Source: Leucoraja erinacea
Lineage: Eukaryota
NCBI RefSeq assembly: GCF_028641065.1
Contig: NC_073387.1
Coordinates: forward strand, 6,944,001-7,008,000
DNA length: 64,000 bases
Reading direction: 5' to 3'
Made by a program: the position numbers and the translations under genes. Shown piece after piece: positions 13,331 to 25,805 of this stretch. Under the pieces are notes generated by a model. The model did no database searches and had not been told where the DNA came from. It worked only from the letters and a program-made list of their open reading frames with translations. Positions within the stretch are counted from its first letter, which is position 1. Every line of letters starts with the position of its first letter.

Positions 13331-13823
13331 ATCCCATACCATTCTTTCAAAACCCAGTGTAACCTCCCCCCAACTGGTACGTAATTCTCACTGAGTATGT
13401 TTCGACAAGACACCAGACCCACCTACCTCCATGGTTACCGGTGGTGTTCTTTGTCCCCTGGTTCTGGTGGGAAAAGGCATGTAATGCCGGAAGCTAGTAG
13501 CTTCAGTACACTTTGCAGCTTCATCTCCTGCGTTCTGATGCTTACTCCCATATGGCCGCTGGTAGTACTCACTAGGTCAGTCAGCAACTGTAGTGAATGA
13601 AACAGAATTTGCACTTCAGAGCAATGACCGTTCATCAGAATATTGATGAAAGGTGGTCCTGCTGAAACTCTAGCTGACCATATGCTGGGGAATGACTGCT
13701 CTGCCGGTGTCTAATGCCACCTGGAACAGCCAATGGCCTTTGGACTGAGTGGGTAGTGATCTTGGGGCTGTAAAAGGTCTGCTAGAAGTGGGGATTAAAT
13801 TCAAAATGAATAGGTGTGCAAGA

Positions 13824-14065
13824 NNNNNNNNNNNNNNNNNNNNNNNNNNNNNNNNNNNNNNNNNNNNNNNNNNNNNNNNNNNNNNNNNNNNNNNNNNNNN
13901 NNNNNNNNNNNNNNNNNNNNNNNNNNNNNNNNNNNNNNNNNNNNNNNNNNNNNNNNNNNNNNNNNNNNNNNNNNNNNNNNNNNNNNNNNNNNNNNNNNNN
14001 NNNNNNNNNNNNNNNNNNNNNNNNNNNNNNNNNNNNNNNNNNNNNNNNNNNNNNNNNNNNNNNNN
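13824..14065. other. Assembly gap (242 N)
   Basis: Run of N. Confidence 0.99.
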
Positions 14066-14207
14066 AGGATGGGGCTAAAATTCAAAATGGGTTGCAAATG
14101 AAAGGACTTGCAGTGAAAGGACTTAGTAAACAGACATTTAATAAAATAACATATTGCGTACAGATTTGGAACATGAGGTGTAGCTTTAAAAAAAAAGGTT
14201 TAATTTG

Positions 14208-14578
14208 TAGGTGTAGGAAAGAACTGCAGATGCTGGTTAAAACCAGATGGACACAAAGCTGGAATCACTCAATGGGTCAGGCAGCATCTCTGGAGAAAAG
14301 GAATATGTGACGTTTCGGGACGAGACCCTTCAGACTGAGCATCAGGGGAAAGGGAAACGTGAGATATAGACGGTGATGTAGAGAGATATAGAACAAATGA
14401 ATGAAAGTTACGATGATCGAGGAAAAGGGCCTGTATCTCTCTATATCACCATCTATATCTCTCATTTTGCTTTCTATTGACTGTCTGAAGAAGGGTCTCG
14501 ACCCAAAACGGTACCCATTCATTTTCTCCATAGATGCTGTCTGACCGGCTGAGGTATTCCAGCTTTTTGTGTTTATCC
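14208..14578. mobile_element. Inverted Penelope pLTR pair with 13-bp TSD
   Basis: TSD aaggtttaatttg at 14195-14207 and 14579-14591; reverse-complementary arms; hammerhead-like core at 14485 with GAAA mutated to AAAA. Confidence 0.85.
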
Positions 14579-15690
14579 AAGGTTTAATTTGCAATTTGTT
14601 TGCAGATTAACTGAGAGTATTTGACCCCCCCCCCCCCTCCCCCAACAGCACCACTCCCTTTAGTTCCAGGATGGTGAGAAGAGGTTGAATAGGGGCGTCT
14701 TTTATCATCCTTACCTTTGGGGCAAAACAATGAAACTTAAGAGGAACAAATGTAAACTGCTACATGTAGGTGAGGATATTGGAACAACACACACATTTTC
14801 TGAATATGACTGAAAAGGACCCAAAACATCATCCCTGCTCAGTAATCCAATTGATTGTCCATTTTCAAAGCCATTGTGTGTTCTACTCAGTTTTTTGAAA
14901 TGTGGAACTACTAACTTCAATTGCATCAACTTTTGGAAGTGAAGTGCAATATGCAATTGATGGTACACAGCATATTTAGTACAAGGAGCATTGATAATCT
15001 TCTATGCTGAAAAACAAGGTAGCCAAATCCCTGGAATTAGCAAACGTTCACAGGTAGCAAGGCACGATTGAGTAAATCTACTCTGGCCTACTATCTTGAG
15101 GGCTAAACCACTGAGGTAACTTTTCTGCCCAACGGCCCTTCTTTCTTATCTAACACCATCTTGTCAAATGTGATTACAAGTGTCTCTCAAATAAAGATAA
15201 GATCAGTCTTTTGCATTTAACCAAGTCACACCCATATTTCCTCTGTTAAATGCTGCCCGACAGTTGTTTTTTTTTTTTACTAAAACTCTTTTTAAATCTT
15301 TAAAGACACTAAACAACAAATGCTGATCTAAAAAATCATAATATATTAGTTAAATATTGCATTACTCTAACAAAGATGTTTGCTCATATAACGTGATTAC
15401 TCATAGAAGCATGCAGTTCAACAGTTTTATTAAGTATGTGTAGAAAGAAGCTGCAGATGCTGGTTTACACGGAAGATAGACACAAAGTACTGGAGTAACT
15501 CCAGTATCTCTGGAGAAAAAAATGATGCGTTGACGTTCTAGTCTGAACCCTGATTCATACTGAAAATGGAGGGGAAGAAACTAAGTATTCTGTTTGACTG
15601 TGGCAGATTATTCTGATTCTATGGTGTTTTCTCTGTCTCTTTAAACCTGTGCACAATATCCTTTTTTATGTGCAGCAATTCATCTGCACA

Positions 15691-16191
15691 TAGACACAAA
15701 ATGCTGGAGTAACTCAGCGGGACTGGCAGCAAATCTGGAGAGAAGGAATGGGTGACGTTTCAGATCAAGACCCTTCTTCAGACTGAGAGTCATGGGAGAG
15801 GGAGACACAGAGATATGGAAGGGTAAGGTGTGAAGACAAGACAGCACAGAGATAATCCATTCCTTCTCTCCAGAGATGATGCCAGTCCAGCTGAGTTACT
15901 CCAGCATTCTGTGTCTATCTTTGGCCATAACCAACATCAGTAGTTCCTTCCTTTCTGATCGAGACCCTTCTTCAGACGCAAAAGATGGCCTCCTCCTGCA
16001 CCTAATTTCTAAGGTTTCTATGTTTTCTCTCCAGAGATGATGCCAGTCCCACTGAGTTACTCCAGCATTGTGTGTCTATCTTTGGCCATAACCAACATCA
16101 GTAGTTTCTTCCTTTCTGATCGAGACCCTTCTTCAGATGCAAAAGATTGTCTATCTTTGGTTTAAACCAGCATCTGCAGTTCCTTCCTACA
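15691..16191. mobile_element. Inverted Penelope pLTR pair with internal tandem duplication and 15-bp TSD
   Basis: TSD caat(t/g)catctgcaca at 15676-15690 and 16192-16206; segment 15864-15985 repeated at 16025-16146. Confidence 0.8.
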
Positions 16192-16739
16192 CAATGCATC
16201 TGCACAGTCAGCTACTCTGCAGCAGTTCACAGTTCATGTTTGCTCTGCAGTTTGGCATGCATTGAGTTGGATTGTCCTCGCTCAAGGCCACTCTCACAGT
16301 GAGGGCTCTTTGGAAACATTACCTTTTCCACCTCCTGCTGGGGCGAGTCAGCTCCTCCCGGAGAGAGGTCAAGGGAGCAAAACAGGAAATCGTGGGGGAA
16401 CTGAATGCAACTGATACACAGTGCAGGATTAGCAGACGAGTTAATATATTCCAGGGTGGGGCAACAGAATAGTAACGGTATTCAACTTCAGCAATTTGAG
16501 CCAACCTTAAATCATTGCATTGAGAACATATCTTTGAAAAGGCTCCAGTAAACACATTCCCTCACCAGTGGTAATGTTCATGGGGTGATTTATTTCTCTT
16601 TGAAGCCCCAAATTATTTTGCTCTTTTCTGTGAAATGTTGCAGAATAACAGAAGGGTTAATGAGAATTGGCGAGTGCTGAGTAAAACATAGTTACAGAGA
16701 ATCGACAGGGCAAAAAAACAGCCTGCCTGCTGACTAGTT

Positions 16740-17050
16740 TAGTTTTGAGATACAGTGCGGAAACAAGCCCTTCGGCACACCGAGTCTGCACCGACCAGCG
16801 ACCCCCCGCACATTAACACTATCCTACACACACACACTAGGGACAATTTACAATTTATAGCAAGCCAATTAACCTGCAAACCTGTATGCCTTTGAAATGT
16901 GGGAGGAAACCGAAGATCTCAGAGAAAACCCACACAGGTCACGGGGAGAATGTGCAAACTCCGTACAGACAGCGCCCATAGTCGGGATTGAACCCGGGTC
17001 TCTGGTGCTGTAAACTCTGTAAGGCAGCAACTCTGCTGCGCCACCATGCC
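16740..17050 (-). mobile_element. HE1-like tRNA-derived V-SINE
   Basis: Reverse complement shows box A (ggtggcgcagcag), box B (ggttcaatccc), V-domain (ttctccccgtgacc...ggtttcctcccaca) and CR1-like tail. Confidence 0.85.
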
Positions 17051-17119
17051 ACCCTGATATGTTGCACCTGATTTGTTTTTCTCTTGAAGGAACCTATCAT
17101 GGTATGATAACTGGGTAGG

Positions 17120-17620
17120 GTAGTAATGGTGGTAGATGGCATGCGTTCCTTCATTGGTAGCAGAATTGAACATCAAGGTAGTCAAGTCATATTGCATCTG
17201 TATAAAACTTTTAGTTGCGGCACATTTGGAGTATTGCCCCATTGCAGGACACGTGGGCTTTGTAGAGGGTGCAGATGCTGTTCACCAGGATGTTGCCAGA
17301 ATTGGAGAACATCAGCTAGAAGGAGATGTTGGCGAATCTTGGAATGTTTTCACTGAGGCCGATCTGATAGCTGTATAAAATTATGAGAGGCAAATATTTT
17401 CGGAAGGTGGTCAGAGTCTTTTCCCCAGCGTGGAAATATCAAATGCTCAAGGGTATGGGATTCAGATGAGAGGAGGAAATTATAAAGGACATTTGCAAGG
17501 CCTATATACAGAGAGTGGTACGTGCCTGGGACCTGCTGCAAGGGACATGCTAGAAACAGATATGATTGCAACATTTAAGAAGTGTTTAGACAGATACACA
17601 AACAGGTAGGGCATATTGGA
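17120..17620 (+). mobile_element. Old CR1 LINE fragment
   Basis: LYKTF...HLEYC motif and degraded ORF2 C-terminus. Confidence 0.65.
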
Positions 17621-18023
17621 ACATGTATCTTGCCTTGGCAGCTGGGTTTAGCTTTCAGCCAATCATACAATGTTAGTCAAAGGGCCTGCCCCTTTACTGT
17701 AATGTGTGATATTCTTGGTAGAGGATGGGGGGTTCAAGTTGAAGGTGTGGTGGGGGAGTATGAAATAGATGAGGGAGGGCAGTGTGAATTGTGTGCCATG
17801 GTACCGAGTATATACACAGAGGCACCGATCACCATGCCTGTATTCAGCCACACTCTGTTAAAGTGGAGGCGATGAACTCCCAGCAGTGCGCACACAATCA
17901 CCCCACTTAATGGGAAGATGAATCGGGGACACAAGTAAGAAGTCTGGAAGGCGAAACAATTACTGCAGGTTCTCAGATCATGTCCTGCCTGTTAAATCTC
18001 ATTGACCTTTTTTTGTTTCCCAG

Positions 18024-18142
18024 GGAGAACCAGTAACTTGAAGACAGAAACTCCAATGTACGAGCACATCACCAAATATGAAATAATGGAACCACGGTGG
18101 CTCTCCTCAGGACCTTCGGAAAACCTTCTGTCTCATAATCAG
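18024..18142 (+). CDS. ADAM19: ADAM metalloprotease prodomain exon (exon 2 equivalent): (G)RTSNLKTETPMYEHITKYEIMEPRWLSSGPSENLLSHNQ
   Basis: Strong acceptor (tttttttgtttcccag) and donor CAG|gtacag; open frame, phase 1 to 0. YEIMEPRW resembles the ADAM prodomain start (ADAM19 HELIIPQW, recalled). Splices in frame to the exon at 23779. Confidence 0.8.
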
Positions 18143-18409
18143 GTACAGGAAGTTAACCAGCTGACTGGCTTATCACGCCAATTAAGTCATTCATCATACT
18201 GCATAACCTGATAGCCAGGTGAAGTTTGTTAACTGGAGAACCGGACAATTGTGTTGGTGTTACATTGAATATCACTTATGATGTTCCAAACCGATTATCA
18301 ATTGACAAATTCTGATTTGGAACCAGGATTCCGGTGGTTGCCCAATGTTCCAAAAGATGTAATTGATAAACCACTTAGTGTCTAGACTTGATAACAAGAT
18401 GAACTTTAT

Positions 18410-18675
18410 AGGTACAGCACGGAAACAGGCCCTTTGGCCCACCGAGTCTGCACTGACGCAAACCCCACACATTAACACTATCTTGCACACACACAATTTT
18501 ACTAAGCCAATTAACCTATGTCTTTGGAGTGTGGGAGGAAACCAGAGCACCCGGTGAAAGCTCCATGCAAGTCACGGGGTGAACGCACAAACTCCATGCA
18601 GACAGCACTCTTAGTCGGGATCGAACTGGGTATCTGGCGCTGTAAGGCAGCACCTCTACCACTGAGCCACCGTGT
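18410..18675 (-). mobile_element. HE1-like V-SINE
   Basis: Same consensus as 21873-22170 in reverse orientation. Confidence 0.8.
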
Positions 18676-18749
18676 ATCACCATATACAATGGAGACCAAT
18701 TAGTATCCTGTGATGACCCTGCAGAAAACTCTTGAGGGCAGGTCACATG

Positions 18750-20480
18750 CATTGATCCCAACTGCTTCACCTTTATCATGAATGTCGAGTCTCTATACAC
18801 CACTATCCCCCATAAGAAATATTCTTGGAGTCCTCTTTTACTGGAACAAAGACCCAACCAGTCCTTCCAACCAGCACTCGTATGCCTGGCAGAACCTATT
18901 CTGGCCCTCAGCATCTTTTCCTTTGTTTCCTCTCGCTTCCTGTAAGTCAAAGGTGTGACTATGGGCACTCACACGGGCGCCAGATACACCTGTCTTTTTG
19001 TTGGCTATATGGAATGGTCCTTGTTGCAAATTCCAAATGGGTTACCTCTCCCAAACTCTCCCTCTGTTACACCAATACTTGCATTGGTTCTGGTTCCTGC
19101 ACTCATGCAGAATTCATCGATTTCATCCACTGCCTCAAATTCACTGCCTCGGGACCAATTTTTATATTTCTCTTCCTTTTCTGCTTCTCTCTGTCCCCCA
19201 TCTCAGAAGACAAACTATTTACTGATTTTTACTGATATAAACCTACAGGCTTCAACAGCTACCTTTTACGAAACTTCCTCCCGCCCAGTCTCTGATAAGG
19301 ACATCGTCACTTTCTGTTTCTCCGCCTCTGCCACATCAGCTCTGAAATATCTTCTTCCATCAGGCAATGTGACTTCACCCTGCAGTGGTTGATGGAACCT
19401 GCACATCTGTTCTCACCACCCCCTTCCCTGGACAGCCTTCACTCCACTCTGCTCTGTATCCAGCACATCATCCTCTGCCACTGCCACGAGCTCTAATGGG
19501 TTCCTATCACCAGTCATCTCCCCCTCTGTCCCCCATTCCTGCTTTCCACAACGACCACTGTCTCTCTCTGAATCCTTTGTCCATTCATCTTTCCTCATCT
19601 GGTACTTTCTCCTGCAATTGCAGAAGGTGCCGCACTTGTCCTCACACCACCTCCCTCACCACTATCCATGGACCTAAACAGTTCATCCAGGTGAGGCAGA
19701 GATTCAGATGCACCTACTCCAACTCGGTCAATCGCATTCATAACTTGTGATGAGGCCTCCTCAACATTGGCGTGTCATGGAAAACATTAAAAATAGGTGC
19801 AGGAGTAGGCCTTTCGGCCCTTCGAGCCAGCACCGCCATTCAATGACTGATCATTGTTAGTGTACCAAAATTAGTACCTCGTTCTAGCTTTTCCCCCCAT
19901 TTCCCTTGATTCCCTTAGCCGTAAGAGCTAAATCTAACTCTCTTGAAAACATCCAGTGAATTGGCTTCCACTGCCCTCTGTGACAGAGAATTCCACAGAT
20001 TCACAACTCTCTGGGTGAAAAGGTTTTTCCTCATCTCAATCCTACCCCTTATTCTTAAACTGTGACCCCTTGTTCTGGACTCCCCCAACATCAGGAACAT
20101 TCTTTCTGCATCTACCCTGCCCAATCCTCTAAGAATTTTACATGTTTCTATAAGATCCCCTCTTATCCTTCTAAATTCCAGTGCATACAAGGTGTAGATT
20201 GGTTGACTGATCTGCAGTGCATGTGTGCTCTGTGGGCAATGGCTGTTCTGAGTTTCCATTTGCATTGCACTTCAACTCCTGTTCCTAATCCCACACCAAG
20301 GTGTCTATCTTTGGCCTTTTCCACTGCTAAAGTGAGGCCAAAAACAAACTTGCCTCCCATTCTGCTTAGGGATCCTACAATCAAATGGTATGACCATTGA
20401 AGTTTCAAGATTCTGGTAACACGCCCATCATGTTCCTTTCCCACTGCCTCAAGTCCTCCCAAGGAGGTCTCCCTCTCCCT
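18750..20480 (+). mobile_element. Decayed Penelope-like element (RT and GIY-YIG), interrupted by a CR1
   Basis: FIMNVESLYTTIPH, VKGVTMGTHTGARYTCLFVGYME and CNCRRCRTCPH...GPKQFIQVRQRFRC are Penelope RT/linker motifs; resumes after 20190. Confidence 0.8.
19780..20185 (-). mobile_element. CR1-clade LINE 3' end
   Basis: LEFRRIRGDLIETCKILRG...FTQRVVNLWNSL on minus. Confidence 0.88.
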
Positions 20481-20639
20481 TTGTTCATGTTCCCCACCCC
20501 TCTCCCCCTATTCCCTAGATTCCTCTCCATCCCTGTCTCCATCAGCGTATTTTGTTATTTTTCTTTTATTTCCACCTGTCAGTCATTGTCTCAACACTGC
20601 ACTGCTGTACCTCAACCTAATCCCACCTATGACCTAGTA

Positions 20640-21048
20640 GGAGGTGCGAGGCCCAATTGGGAACAATTTTGGTGAGCCCCAGGTTCCTATCCAAGGTCTG
20701 TCAGCCCTGTTATTCAGTATATATTATGAAATTGTACACTAAAGTGCTATGGATTATACACTGCCTTAATCTCTCTTGATCTCGTCTGACTGTCAGTGCT
20801 TCCGCTGGCTTCCAACCTTTACCATAGCTGCTAATTACCATTAAACTGCATTATTCCACGCGTTATTTAATGAAGGTTTATTAATATTATGGGCTCTGCG
20901 GTTGCAACCAGCTCCTTGCAATCAATGTTTTAGTCAGTGGTCAGGGAGAATGTCATCCCTGCGCAGCTCCCTGTTGCCCACCTGCCTAGCATGGGGGACC
21001 CCTCAGTCGCGGGGCCCAATTGGTCCAATTGGCTTAAGGCCGGCCCCG
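20640..21048. mobile_element. Possible hAT-type non-autonomous DNA transposon remnant
   Basis: Right end ggcttaaggccggcccc(g) resembles a CAGGGCCGG-type TIR; subterminal ggcccaattgg at both ends; left TIR not intact. Confidence 0.4.
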
Positions 21049-21872
21049 CACACCGACCAACATGTCTCAGCTACACTAGTCCCATCTGCCTGCGCTTGGT
21101 CCATATCCCTCCAAACCTGTGCTATCCATGTACCTGTCTAGCTGTTTCTTAAACGATGGGATAGTCCCAGCCTCAACTACCTCCTCTGGCAGCTTGTTCC
21201 ATACACACACCCACCACCCTTTGTGGGAGCTCCTGTCTTGCTTCCCACCCCGTTCTCTCTCTCACTTTAATGTAACATACAAACATAGAAACATAGAAAA
21301 TAGGTGCAGGAGGAGGCCATTTGGCCCTTTGAGCCAGCACCGCCATTCATTGCGATCATGGCTGAGCGTCCCCTATCAATAACCCGTGCCTGCCTTCTCC
21401 CCATATCCCTTGATTCCAGTAGCCCCTAGAGCTCTATCTAACTTTAATGTGCTATCTTCCCTCTACACTTTCAGCCCTGATGCAGGATCTCAACCTGTAA
21501 CGTCAGCCATTCCTTTTCTTCCACAGATGCTGCTCAACCATTCTGACGCTTTATTTTTGCTTCAGGTTATAACACCTGCAGCTTCTGTTGTTGGATCCAA
21601 ACAGTTCGCTAGCAATGATGTCCGCAGTATTGATGCGGAGATACTGGCTGAAGAATAGGTTTTTGTGGAGAATTTCCCTACACTTCTTTCAAATCAAGTC
21701 ATTTAGTCTCTGCTATTCTCAAGGGGAAATAAAACACTAAATTTAATGTCTCATCTGAGCTTCATAACATTAAAAGCTGAGAGCCAATTACAATGAATTA
21801 CAAAGGTAATCAGTCACTGGGCATGAACATGTTAATGGGTTAAGATCCACTTATTATCAAGTTAAAGCAACA

Positions 21873-22170
21873 GACACGGTGGCGCAGCGGTAGAGTTGCT
21901 GCCTTACAGTGCAGCACCGGAGACCCGGGTTCGATCCCGACTACGGGTGCTGTCTGTACGGAGTTTGTACGTTCTCCCCTCGTTTGTTTTCTCCGAGATC
22001 TTCGGTTTCTTCCCACACTCCAAAGACGTACAGGTTTGTAGGTTAATTGGCTTGGTATGAATGTAAAATTGTCCCTAGTATGCATAGGATAGTGTTAATG
22101 TGCAGGGATTGCTGGTCGGTGCGGACTCGGCATGCCGAAGGGCCCAATTCAACGCTGTATCTCTAAAAAT
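21873..22170 (+). mobile_element. HE1-like tRNA-derived V-SINE (near full length)
   Basis: Box A ggtggcgcagcgg, box B gggttcgatccc, V-domain, tail gctgtatctctaaa. Confidence 0.9.
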
Positions 22171-23778
22171 AAAACAACAGGTTCTTGGGGAAATCTGGTG
22201 CTGCACCTCATACACACCTTTTTGTGGAGAATTCAGCAGAAGTATCAGGATTAATCATGAACGGGTGGGTGGTCTGTCCATTTTGTAGAAGGGAGACTGG
22301 TTGATGCAGCTGACAACATAAGGCATTAAATTACGGTGGCTCATTTAATAAGGTATACTGCATGTCATGCTAGAGGTCTGCACACAACTGCACACACTTG
22401 ATATTTGAAAATAAAAACAGAATGCACATGCAGGGAATCTAAAATAATTACAGGAAATTATTATGTTTTAATTAGGTTTCCAAGAGAGAGAGAGAGTCAA
22501 GATTCAAGAGTGTTTTATTGTCATATGTCCCAGATAGAACAATTATAGTCTTACATGCTGCAGCATCTGCAGTTTAAACTGCACGATCTGCATTTTGAAA
22601 ATAACCATTTACTGCTCTTTTTAATTAGGTTGTATTTATTTTAGTGATTGATCATAAGGTCATAAGTGATAGGAACAGAATTGGGCCATTCGGCCCATCA
22701 AGTCTACACTTGCCTTAAAAATATCCATTGACTTGGCCTCCACAGCATACTGTGGCAAAGAATTCCACAGATTCACCCCTTCTAACTCAGGACAAAAGGC
22801 CACAAACAAAACAGAAGAGTGTGTAATTGAGGCTAAGATTACATGACTCCCTTTTTCTGGGTGAGACATCCATTGAACTTGTTCAGAGTGGGTGGGTTGT
22901 CTTATGAAATCCTGGAGAGGTGAGGCTTCCATTCACTGCATGTTAAAAAGAGGGTGGGAGGGAGAGATTGACTGCGTCCACTGCAGAACAACTAAGATTG
23001 TGAAAGGTGCTGTATAAATGTGAGTTCTTATATATTAAAAAAAAATTGTTTTGGTAAGCAAATTTATTTTGGTATGGTTGAGGTGGATTATCCCTTCACA
23101 CAGCTTGCCTTGGTTTGTCTGATTCATCTCTTTCCCAGCCTACAAGGGGCAGGGACACACTATGGAGCTGTGCTTGAAGCCTTGTACTCAGTGGGGGCAG
23201 ACGAGGTACTCTTGGCTGCAAATGATGCAAATACCTGGGCAGCACCATGGTCTGAAATTGGTGCAAATCAACATGAGACCAGTCGCTGCACAGGGGCGCA
23301 GCCAGTAGAGCTGCATGCTCGGCTTCAGAGACCTTGGTTCAATTCTGACCTTGGGTGTTGTATGTGTGGGGTTTGCATGTTCTTCCTGTGACTGTGTGTA
23401 GAACATGGGTTTGCTTTGGCTGTTCCAGTTTCCTCCCACATCCCATGTGTGGGTTTGTGGGTTAATGTGCCTATAAATTGCCCTTAGTGTGTGGCGAGTG
23501 GATGGCGTGGAACTAGTTTGAAGAGGTGATGTATGGGTGGTGTGGCCTTGCTGGGCCAAAGGGCCTATATCCACGCCGTGTCTCTAAACTAAACAAAACT
23601 AAAACATGGAACTAGTGTGAACAGATGATCAATGGTCAACGTGGACTCGGTGGGTTTAAGGACCTATTTCCGTACTGTATCACTAAACTACGTGAATGAG
23701 CTACAACTCAACATATGCAATCTGACTGAGCCTTTTCCCTTTTCTTCCCCTCTCCATCCTCCCTCTCTGTGGACACAG

Positions 23779-23849
23779 CACCCGACTTGGGCAGAGATCC
23801 GAGTCACAGCTGAAGGAAGAGAATACGTTTTACAGATCCAGAAAAATGA
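23779..23849 (+). CDS. ADAM19: ADAM metalloprotease prodomain exon (exon 3 equivalent): HPTWAEIRVTAEGREYVLQIQKN(E)
   Basis: Long polypyrimidine tract then acacag acceptor; donor GA|gtaagt; 71 bp, phase 0 to 2. Peptide aligns without gaps to ADAM19 HPLKAELRVMAEGRELILDLEKNE (recalled). ADAM12 or ADAM33 not fully excluded. Confidence 0.88.
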
Positions 23850-24084
23850 GTAAGTGCAACATGAACTGCAATGTCGGATGCTGTGCAGAATGAAGAGAGC
23901 TTTAGTGGGGGGAAGGGCAGAATAATGGTGACAGCACACAATATACATTGCAAGGGCACGGGGAGGTCAGATAATGAATGTAGGATTCAATTATGCTTAA
24001 GGTTGAAGAAAATTGGGATTGGTACTGAGCAATGAGGAATGAAAGTGTAATTTAAAACGGGAAAGCCATGCATTAATGAATACA

Positions 24085-24290
24085 AGATGCCTCGGAGTGT
24101 GATGGAGGCAGGTTCTCTGAATGCTTTCTAGAGAGATAGATAGGGCTCTTAAAAATAGCGGAGTCAGAGGATATGGGGAGAAGGCAGGAACGGGGTACTG
24201 ATTGGGAATGATCAGCCATGATCACATTAAATGGCGGTGCTGGCTCGAAGGGCCGAATGGCCTACTCCTGCACCTATTGTCTATTGTCTA
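24085..24290 (+). mobile_element. CR1 LINE 3' end with (CTATTGT)n tail
   Basis: gaagggccgaatggcctactcctgcacc followed by tattgtctattgtctatt. Confidence 0.85.
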
Positions 24291-24659
24291 TTCTCATGTA
24301 CAGCACTTTGTGGCAACTGCAGTTGTTTAAAATGCTTTATAAATAAAGTTATTATTATTATTATTATTATTGTGTATGTCAATGACTGCAGGCAGGGTTT
24401 CAGGGTTTAAATTTTTTTTAAGCAGTTTACTATTGGAGCAACTTCATTCATTGCAAATGTTATGCACAGCGAGGTATCGCTCTGCATTACCTTTTCACCA
24501 ATGCCTGTCCAATTCGGTTTTGAACGCACGGATTGATTCTGTTTCCACCAACCATTGAGGCGGTGAATTACAGATGCTACTGCTTCCTGAGCAAAAAGGA
24601 AAGTGCTGGAGGAACTGAGTGGGTCAGGCAGCATCTGTGGAGAGAATGGACAGAAGGTT

Positions 24660-25243
24660 TAGTTTAGTTTAGAGATACAGCCGGGAAACAGGCCCTTCAG
24701 CCCACCGGGTCTGCGCTGACCAGTGATTCCCGCACATTAACACTATCCTCCACCCACTAGGGACATTTTTTACATTTACCAATTAACCTACAAACCTGTA
24801 TGTCTTTGGAATGTGGGAGGAAACCGAAGATCTCGGAGAAAACCCACGAAGGTCACGGGGAGAATGTACAAACTCCGTACTACATAGCTTTAGACAGGCT
24901 GCTTCCCTTCGACTCTTTTAGTCAGCTCCTGTAATTTATCTCCCCCACCTGACTGTTATCTGCCAATTAACTCCCCCTAACCCATCATTTTGTATTCATG
25001 CCTACTATATTCTGTTGTGCTGAAGCAAAGCAAGAATTTCATTGTCCTATCTGGGACTCATGACAATAAACTCTCTTGACAGCAAGTCGCTGTCTCTTGC
25101 CCCAACCCTCCCCCCACAGCTTTAGACAGACTCTTTCCCTTCGACTCTTTCAGACAGCTCCTGTAATCGGGATCGAACCCGGGTCTCTGGCGCTGCAATC
25201 ACTGTAAGGCAGCAACTCTACCGCTGCGCCAGCGTGACTGCCC
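24660..25243 (-). mobile_element. HE1-like SINE inserted in a pLTR element and split by a locally duplicated segment
   Basis: SINE halves at 24660-24880 and 25165-25243; the intervening DNA matches 26990-27210. Confidence 0.75.
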
Positions 25244-25579
25244 CGTGAAGCGTTTTGGGTCGGGATCCTCTTCAGACTGAAGACGTCATCAGTTTGAAGA
25301 AGGGCCCTGACCCAAATTGTAATCATTCATAGATGCTGCCTAACATATCGATGTTCTCCAGCACTTTGGTATTTCCTCAAGATTACAACAAATGCTCTCT
25401 CTTGTGCTTCTTATTCCTACTTCCTGTGTGGGGAAATAAAGGATTTCCTCGGAATCCCCCATAACTTCCCCTTAAACCTGTGATCGCACTATTGACCCTG
25501 TCAAAGATTTGCCAGAATTCTGTGGCTGCACATTTTTCCAACAGCCCCTTATTGTTTATTCTACTTTTGTAACTGAAGT

Positions 25580-25805
25580 CAATAGACAATAGACAATAGT
25601 TGCAGGAGTAGGCCATTTGGCCCTTCGAGCCAGCACTACCATTCAATGTGATCATGGCTGATCATCCCCACTCTGTACCCCGTTCCTGCCTTCTCCCCAT
25701 ATCCCCTAACTCCGCTATTTTTTAAGAGCCCTATCTAGCTCTCTCTTGAAAGCATCCAGAGAACCTGCCTCCACTGCCCTCTGAGGCAAATAATTCCACA
25801 GACAA
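25580..25805 (-). mobile_element. CR1 LINE 3' end
   Basis: Reverse complement of the 24085-24290 subfamily; forms an inverted pair with it. Confidence 0.85.

Larger units (their letters stand above)
10536..13620 (-). mobile_element. DIRS1-like tyrosine-recombinase retrotransposon, 5'-truncated and decayed
   Basis: Minus-strand order gag fragment, RT, RNase H, MT remnant, tyrosine recombinase, then internal complementary region (ICR) and right terminal repeat; 79-bp inverted match between 10536-10614 and 10756-10834. Confidence 0.93.

Noticed and set aside
13749-14310. ORFs containing long X runs
   Set aside because: Artefacts of the N gap.
14730-14776. ATG-started mini-ORF with a phase-1 GTGAGG donor, a candidate ADAM exon 1
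   Set aside because: MKLKRNKCKLLHVG is not a signal peptide and resembles the CR1 RT motif KCKVLHLG.
21873-21950. tRNA-like sequence with box A and box B
   Set aside because: It is the head of a multi-copy SINE, continuing into the V-domain; no complete cloverleaf or terminator.
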